The notes beneath the pieces are model-generated. The model saw only the letters and a list, made by a program, of their open reading frames with translations. It did no database searches and was not told where the DNA came from. A stretch of 64,000 nucleotides of DNA from an uncultured virus (IMG/VR IMGVR_UViG_3300025018_003789) (Duplodnaviria; Heunggongvirae; Uroviricota; Caudoviricetes): IMG/VR virus record IMGVR_UViG_3300025018_003789. One strand, 5' to 3'. The translations under genes were made by a program, and so were the position numbers. Shown here one piece after another: positions 58,886-64,000 of this stretch. Within the stretch, counting starts at the first letter, position 1. Every line of letters begins with the position of its first letter.

Positions 58886-59192
58886 AAAACTCACCGAACA
58901 AGAATACAATGACGCATTAAAAAGACTAGAAGAACTCACAAAAGAAAGAAGAGAACTCGAAATACAAAGAAGAGTCATCGAAGTTAAAATCAAAACAAGA
59001 GAAAATCTAGTCAACGAATTAGGCGAAGTCTTACAAAAAATCGCAGATGAAGGGTATGATCTTTCCAATATCACAGGATGGACACATATCACCGATGAAG
59101 ACGATGAAATGGAAGATGAAAACTATATACCACCTAAAGTCACAGGACTACAATGCGCCGTAGAACTGTTCGAATGGCTGGAAGAAGATTGA
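58875..59192 (+). CDS. Hypothetical protein
   Basis: ORF. Confidence 0.55.
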   Translation: MKDKKLTEQEYNDALKRLEELTKERRELEIQRRVIEVKIKTRENLVNELGEVLQKIADEGYDLSNITGWTHITDEDDEMEDENYIPPKVTGLQCAVELFEWLEED

Positions 59193-59257
59193 AAGGTTTA
59201 TTATGAAAGTCATACACAATGAACAAGAACTAAAAAAATGTATCAAATCAATGTAAC

Positions 59258-59304
59258 ATGTGGATAACGATATGTGGATAACGATATGTGGATAACGATA
59301 TGTG
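59258..59304. repeat. 14-bp tandem repeat x3 (ATGTGGATAACGAT), each unit containing a perfect DnaA box
   Basis: TGTGGATAA at 59259, 59273, 59287. Confidence 0.8.
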
Positions 59305-59497
59305 CCCACTCGATATCTCAGACCTTTACGATAATGCAGGAAATTACAACTATACAGTCTTGGCCGTGGAAATGGGTAACGAAGAAATTAGATTGTTCGA
59401 AAAAGAAGACATCAAAGAACTGCATAAGATGATAGGACTAATACAAGATAATAAGTGAAAATTATAGACCATCTAAAACTATACAAGGAAAAAAATC

Positions 59498-59893
59498 ATG
59501 ACAGTATTTCAAAAAGATGAAAATGGATACCTAATCAATCAAAATTCGGCAGGAAGAATAGGTAAAATCTCAATCATGGACTTCGCTTGTGGATTATACG
59601 AAACACAAGACCTTGACGCCAAAGACCAATCACTAGAATATAACAAAAAAGCCAAGACGAAAAGAAGTGCAAAATGTGAAGACACTAAAGCAGAAATCTA
59701 CCAAATAGCAACTAACCCCACAGTTCGAAATGAAGAATTTGATGAAACAAGAAAACATCTTATGATCCTTCAAGGATTATCTAATATGAGAAGAAAAGCC
59801 ATCAGAGAAATTGACGATGTAATAGAAGCATACCTTAAAGAATATTATGATGAACTAGATATCAGCATGGAAGAAATAAAAGAACATGTATAA
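59498..59893 (+). CDS. Hypothetical protein
   Basis: ORF with SD. Confidence 0.55.
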   Translation: MTVFQKDENGYLINQNSAGRIGKISIMDFACGLYETQDLDAKDQSLEYNKKAKTKRSAKCEDTKAEIYQIATNPTVRNEEFDETRKHLMILQGLSNMRRKAIREIDDVIEAYLKEYYDELDISMEEIKEHV

Positions 59894-60360
59894 ATATAAG
59901 ATGTATAAGATCAGAACAAAACAAAGGGTTCTTAAATGACAGATGAAGAATACCAAAAACTAAGAAATATGATAGTCAATATAGATGCACACACACATTC
60001 CTTGACTACGAAGTTATAATAGGAGGTAATGGCGTTAACTGCTCAAAACCAAAATCAGTATCAGATGAACTTAAAAAAATACTCAATATTAAAGAATCTC
60101 ATATCAAAGAATCAGTAGAAGATAAACTTGTAGAAGATAAACTTGTAGAAATTATGAAAGCATATGATGGCCAAATCGATGAAGAAATAATAGATGAATT
60201 TACAGAACAATATGGTAAAGAATAATAATACAAATAATACAAATAATACAACTTTCTTACCAAAAAGAAGGAATTTTGTAACACTAATAGACGCAGACGT
60301 ATAACAAGTAGAGGGTATCAAATTGGGAAAATATACCCCCTGTTAAAAAAAGGGTTATGC

Positions 60361-60693
60361 TTCGTTATTTAGCTATTTAGCTATATTTATTTAGCTATAG
60401 CTATTTGTTTTCGTTATTTAGCTATATTTATTTAGCTATAGCTATTTGTTTTCGTTATTTAGCTATATTTATTTAGCTATAGCTATTTGTTTTCGTTATT
60501 TAGCTATATTTATTTAGCTATAGCTATTTGTTTTCAATTGTTTTTATTAGCTTCGTTATTTAGCTATTTAGCTATTTAGCTATATTTATTTAGCTATATT
60601 TATTTAGCTATATTTATTTAGCTATAGCTATTTGTTTTCAATTGTTTTTATTAGCTTCGTTATTTAGCTATAGTTATTTAGCTATAGCTATTT
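60361..60693. repeat. AT-rich nested tandem repeat array (41-bp unit, TTTAGCTA core); candidate replication origin
   Basis: TTCGTTATTTAGCTATATTTATTTAGCTATAGCTATTTGTT x3 plus variants; more than 20 TAGCTA palindromes. Confidence 0.85.
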
Positions 60694-60736
60694 ATCTACC
60701 GTACTATGGTGGATATATTTTTTATACATGGTAGAC

Positions 60737-60776
60737 TAGAAAACTCCCCCGTAGATTACACGGAGGAGTTTCTTTT
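60737..60776. terminator. Hairpin terminator (pairs best on - strand, possibly bidirectional)
   Basis: AAACTCC.CCGT-loop-ACGG.GGAGTTT. Confidence 0.65.
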
Positions 60777-60920
60777 GTGTATCTGAGGCTGTTCCATTTC
60801 CTCAGATATGCTGTCTGGTCATGACTCCATACAGCGTTCCCGTTCAATGACAGTGGGAGGTTATGGATCGATCCAGTCGCCTGTTTAGGCTAGGTGGGCT
60901 TGTGAGCCGCACTGTCATCT
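60738..60920 (-). ncRNA. Candidate ~180-nt structured non-coding RNA
   Basis: Own GGCC-N7-TTGACA-N17-GAGTCT promoter on - strand, multi-stem structure, terminator, no ORF. Confidence 0.5.
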
Positions 60921-60926
60921 GGATAC

Positions 60927-60966
60927 AGACTCTCATAGTATATGTTGTATGTCAATCTTCTAGGCC
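60927..60966 (-). promoter_or_regulatory. GGCC-N7-TTGACA promoter (minus strand)
   Basis: Reverse complement TTGGCC TAGAAGA TTGACA-N17-GAGTCT. Confidence 0.65.
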
Positions 60967-61172
60967 AAAAAAGAATACCCCCCTCAACCAAAGGAGGGGG
61001 AAGGTCGAGGAGGGTATTCGTGAGGGAGGGGAATATTGAGATAACATTGTTATCCCGTCAGAAACTTTAGGAGTTGACTGTAGATCTAATCTTAATCGTC
61101 TACAGCCAACTTTACTACCATGCACCAAAAAAGGAAAACGACATGCAACAAACAGAAATATACGACAGAAGT

Positions 61173-61212
61173 AGGATACCATTCTGGAGACTGGAGTCAA
61201 TGGTATTAGGCC
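61173..61212 (-). promoter_or_regulatory. GGCC-N8-TTGACT promoter (minus strand)
   Basis: Reverse complement GGCC TAATACCA TTGACT-N16-TATCCT. Confidence 0.6.
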
Positions 61213-61729
61213 AAAAGAACTCCCCCTAAGACAAGGATGCAAAGGGGGAGGGAGAACAACAGTGATGGACGACCAATCCTTCACTACCTATGAACAAGAT
61301 GAGACTACCATATCTGAGACCAGAGTCAACCCCCAAATGCAGGGCCAAAAAAGTATTTTTCACTGATTCTATTGAAGTTAGATTAAATATCGGACTTGGC
61401 ACGTCACTTGCTGGGTGGCATAGATTTTATGTTATGGTTTTTGTATATGTGAGTAGAGTGTCGATTTGTCTTGCCAAGTGGTATGTAGATGAGGATAGTA
61501 GGGTTTGAAGGGGGTAGTGTGTTCAATTCTGGCCGAAATACTTGATTTGAGGATTTGTTTTCTGTAGTTATTTTGATGTCGTATAAAGGTGTTGTCTTCA
61601 CTGTGTTGTTAACTCATACTTTTAGAAGGAGATGGCACGAGAGTTGTTACTCTAGTATAAGAGGTTCAATATTGAAAACCTCATTACTTTTGAACAAATG
61701 GTCATCTGTCTTAGGACAAGGAGAATCAA

Positions 61730-62176
61730 ATGTCTGATTACAACAAGGCGCAACAAAAAGGTAGGTTAATTTCTGAGATGGTACAGAATAGAATCAAGAG
61801 TCTTAGGAGTTACCGTCCATATAAGAAGCAGCCACTCTCTGCTTACTTCCGCTCGAATTTAGAGGGGGCAATATCAGAACGTCAGGAGAAGTTAGAAGTT
61901 CCTGAAGGTTTTACCCATAAAGAGAAACAGGCGTTTACTAATGGGATTGATATACAAATTATATCAGAGTTATACAAGTCAACGGTCATGAATCGTAATT
62001 GTAATCCGAATGTGACTTTAGAGATTTTAGATATTATTTACGAGATGGCTAATCGTCATAAGTATCCTACTCCTGATTTGGACATAGCATTATTGGAAGC
62101 GGTTGGGATATCAGCGAAGGTAGAGATATCTCCTGTGGTAAAGATTGGTTTGGTTCATGGTACAGATTACAACTGA
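61730..62176 (+). CDS. Hypothetical protein
   Basis: AAGGAG SD. Confidence 0.6.
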   Translation: MSDYNKAQQKGRLISEMVQNRIKSLRSYRPYKKQPLSAYFRSNLEGAISERQEKLEVPEGFTHKEKQAFTNGIDIQIISELYKSTVMNRNCNPNVTLEILDIIYEMANRHKYPTPDLDIALLEAVGISAKVEISPVVKIGLVHGTDYN

Positions 62177-62236
62177 GGAGGTTTGATCGCCAACAGAAAG
62201 TATTTTTTGGGTTATCTTTGACCCAACTCACACATA

Positions 62237-62279
62237 AATCACCTGCCTTCTATCCTCAAGTTGGTGGGTGATTTTTTTT
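62237..62279 (+). terminator. Intrinsic terminator
   Basis: AAATCACCTGCC...GGTGGGTGATTT + T-tract. Confidence 0.65.
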
Positions 62280-62581
62280 ATCTTTCATTATTCTATGGTT
62301 GGATTCTATCTACTTATACATTTCTTATATATTTCCTGAGATAACTGGATCATAGGGTAGGGTATTCCTATGTTATTTTCCTTTTATCCTTCGATATACT
62401 GTTGGGTATATCCGTCCCCACATTTAGTAGGCTTAGTTAATGTTCGGGTTAGCTCATCGGGTGCCAGCCAGCATAGAACAAATCCTGTATTATTGACAAA
62501 ATAAATTGAAGTTAGCTCAAGGAAAAAGGGCATGGTTTAGCGTATATTATTTGTATGACCTTTTCATATAGGAGATAAGCA

Positions 62582-63436
62582 ATGTTTTTTACAGGTTCTT
62601 ACAAATATAATTTTACATCAGAAAACAGTACAGAGAAGCAAAAGTTATTTGACGAGAGTGGATTGACAAAATCTGCTAGTGTCAATGGTATCAGGGATAC
62701 GAATGAAGGGAAGACTTCTATATTTAATGCTAAAGAATTGAGAGCGAAAGGTGAGAAGTATTTAAAACAGAGAGGTGAGGAATTGAAATCAGCTAAACTA
62801 GATCCAAAAGACAAGAAAGAGTTAAAGGATTACAACAAGCAATTATATCCAGAAGATTATGCTGAGGATATGGTTGCTGATTGTGATGATAAGAAAGACA
62901 AGAAGAAAGATACAAAAAATATGAAGAATGATTCAAAGAAAAAAGCGATGAAGATTTCCCAAAGGGATTATACAGATAGTTTATTTGAGAGTCGTAATGA
63001 TTTAGGTGATGATTATGTAGATGATCCTGGTATGGGTTTCTTTGAGGATATGAGTGAGAAAGAGCCTGACGATCTTAAGAGGGATTATTTGAAAGGGGAT
63101 TTAGATTTAAACGATTTTATTGATAGGTTAGAGGAGTGGTTTGAATCAAAAGAGTCCTTAAATAGTTTTGTTGAAAGTGCTGTCCACGAGAAAATGAATA
63201 ATAATTCTTTTGATGGTATAGAAAATGATGAAGATTATGGTTATGAGGATAGACATTTAGGTTCTTCTAATAAAAAAAGAATTGCTAGTAAGGAAGAAGA
63301 TCCTTGTTGGGATGGTTATGAGATGGTAGGAAAGAAAAATAAGGATGGTAAAGAGGTTCCTAATTGTGTCAAGAAGAAATCTTTTAATTTAAGTTCTTTA
63401 TCTAAGAAGAAGAATCCTTATTACAAGGGTAAATAA
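62582..63436 (+). CDS. Hypothetical protein, possibly virion-associated
   Basis: PCWDGYEMVGKK..GKEVPNCV motif recalled from large-phage proteins; AGGAG SD. Confidence 0.55.
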   Translation: MFFTGSYKYNFTSENSTEKQKLFDESGLTKSASVNGIRDTNEGKTSIFNAKELRAKGEKYLKQRGEELKSAKLDPKDKKELKDYNKQLYPEDYAEDMVADCDDKKDKKKDTKNMKNDSKKKAMKISQRDYTDSLFESRNDLGDDYVDDPGMGFFEDMSEKEPDDLKRDYLKGDLDLNDFIDRLEEWFESKESLNSFVESAVHEKMNNNSFDGIENDEDYGYEDRHLGSSNKKRIASKEEDPCWDGYEMVGKKNKDGKEVPNCVKKKSFNLSSLSKKKNPYYKGK

Positions 63437-63580
63437 TTATGGAAAAGAAGACTTGTTGTTCTATAAAGGATATAAAGAAGGCTAAGGTAAAACCTTTGAA
63501 GCCTATATTTAATTTAAAGAAAGTGAAGAAGAAGTAATTCATAAATTGGTGTATTGTATATCAATAAAAAAAAATACAAG

Positions 63581-63625
63581 AATCTCCTTTTTATCGTATC
63601 ATATTTAGATACTAGAAAGGAGATT
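63581..63625 (+). promoter_or_regulatory. RBS-sequestering hairpin upstream of LAGLIDADG gene
   Basis: AATCTCCTTT pairs with AAAGGAGATT (10 bp), which contains the SD. Confidence 0.65.
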
Positions 63626-63630
63626 TTCTT

Positions 63631-64000
63631 ATGTTATGGAAAGATGAAGAAATTCAATATTTAAGAGACAATTATAGTAAAGAAGAAAAAGATATTATTT
63701 GTAGAAATTTAAAACGTAATTGGCCAGCAATAATAAGAATGGCTAATTTACATGACTTAAAAAGACATGGAATATATAGTAAAGCAAAGATGGCATCAAA
63801 TCTTTTGTTAGAAACGCCTGAAGCGTATTATTGGGCTGGTTTTTTAATGGCTGATGCTCATATTTCAGAAAACCATATTGATTTAGCGATAAACACTTTA
63901 GATAAAGACCATCTTGAAAGTTATGCTGATTTCGTTGGTTATGTAAATAATTTAAAATTTAGAAAAACCAATAATGTATATCGTGTAGATTTTTCTGACC
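63631..64000 (+). CDS. LAGLIDADG-type homing endonuclease (partial, runs off window)
   Basis: W..EE..YL..NY start; AYYWAGFLMADAHI motif; D..HL. Confidence 0.75.
   Translation, partial: MLWKDEEIQYLRDNYSKEEKDIICRNLKRNWPAIIRMANLHDLKRHGIYSKAKMASNLLLETPEAYYWAGFLMADAHISENHIDLAINTLDKDHLESYADFVGYVNNLKFRKTNNVYRVDFSD

Noticed and set aside
60361..60693. CRISPR array
   Set aside because: Repeats are contiguous and nested with no unique spacers, and no cas genes are present.
60738..60920. Assignment of the candidate RNA as tRNA, tmRNA or 6S RNA
   Set aside because: No T-loop/CCA end, no tag ORF and no long 5'-3' closing stem. It is left as unknown.

Overview
AT-rich, gene-dense segment with essentially all genes on the + strand, bacterial Shine-Dalgarno sites, sigma70-like promoters and the standard genetic code. 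It is most consistent with part of a large ('huge'/jumbo) bacteriophage genome. No capsid, terminase or polymerase gene is recognisable, so phage identity is inferred from gene content. Recognisable content: (1) six tRNA genes (Phe x2, Met-CAT, Pro, Tyr, His); (2) auxiliary metabolism genes: radical SAM, NAD kinase, HAD nucleotidase, HD-CoaD fusion, IMPDH/GMPR, dCTP deaminase, MazG, NUDIX and a DnaQ exonuclease; (3) a glycosylation cassette with MurB and a divergent MurA; (4) an ARC/Mpa-like proteasomal ATPase; (5) an SPFH protein, a Thg1-like protein and several homing endonucleases. Main signals missed by the ORF track: a release-factor gene that needs a prfB-type +1 frameshift plus a UGA readthrough and carries an IS607-like mini-element in its 3' end; two genes fractured by homing endonucleases (IMPDH via a split intein, and a nucleotidyltransferase with no intein); a window-wide GGCC-N7/8-TTGAC promoter class and a second TGTCGTAT motif; a shared C-terminal (L/I)E(I/L) tag on about 7 unrelated proteins; and a candidate replication origin near 59-61.5 kb with DnaA-box repeats, an AT-rich repeat array, a strand-skew switch and a promoter-driven structured RNA. 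Several single-base frameshifts lie in homopolymers and may be assembly errors. All calls are by eye from motifs; no database search was run.
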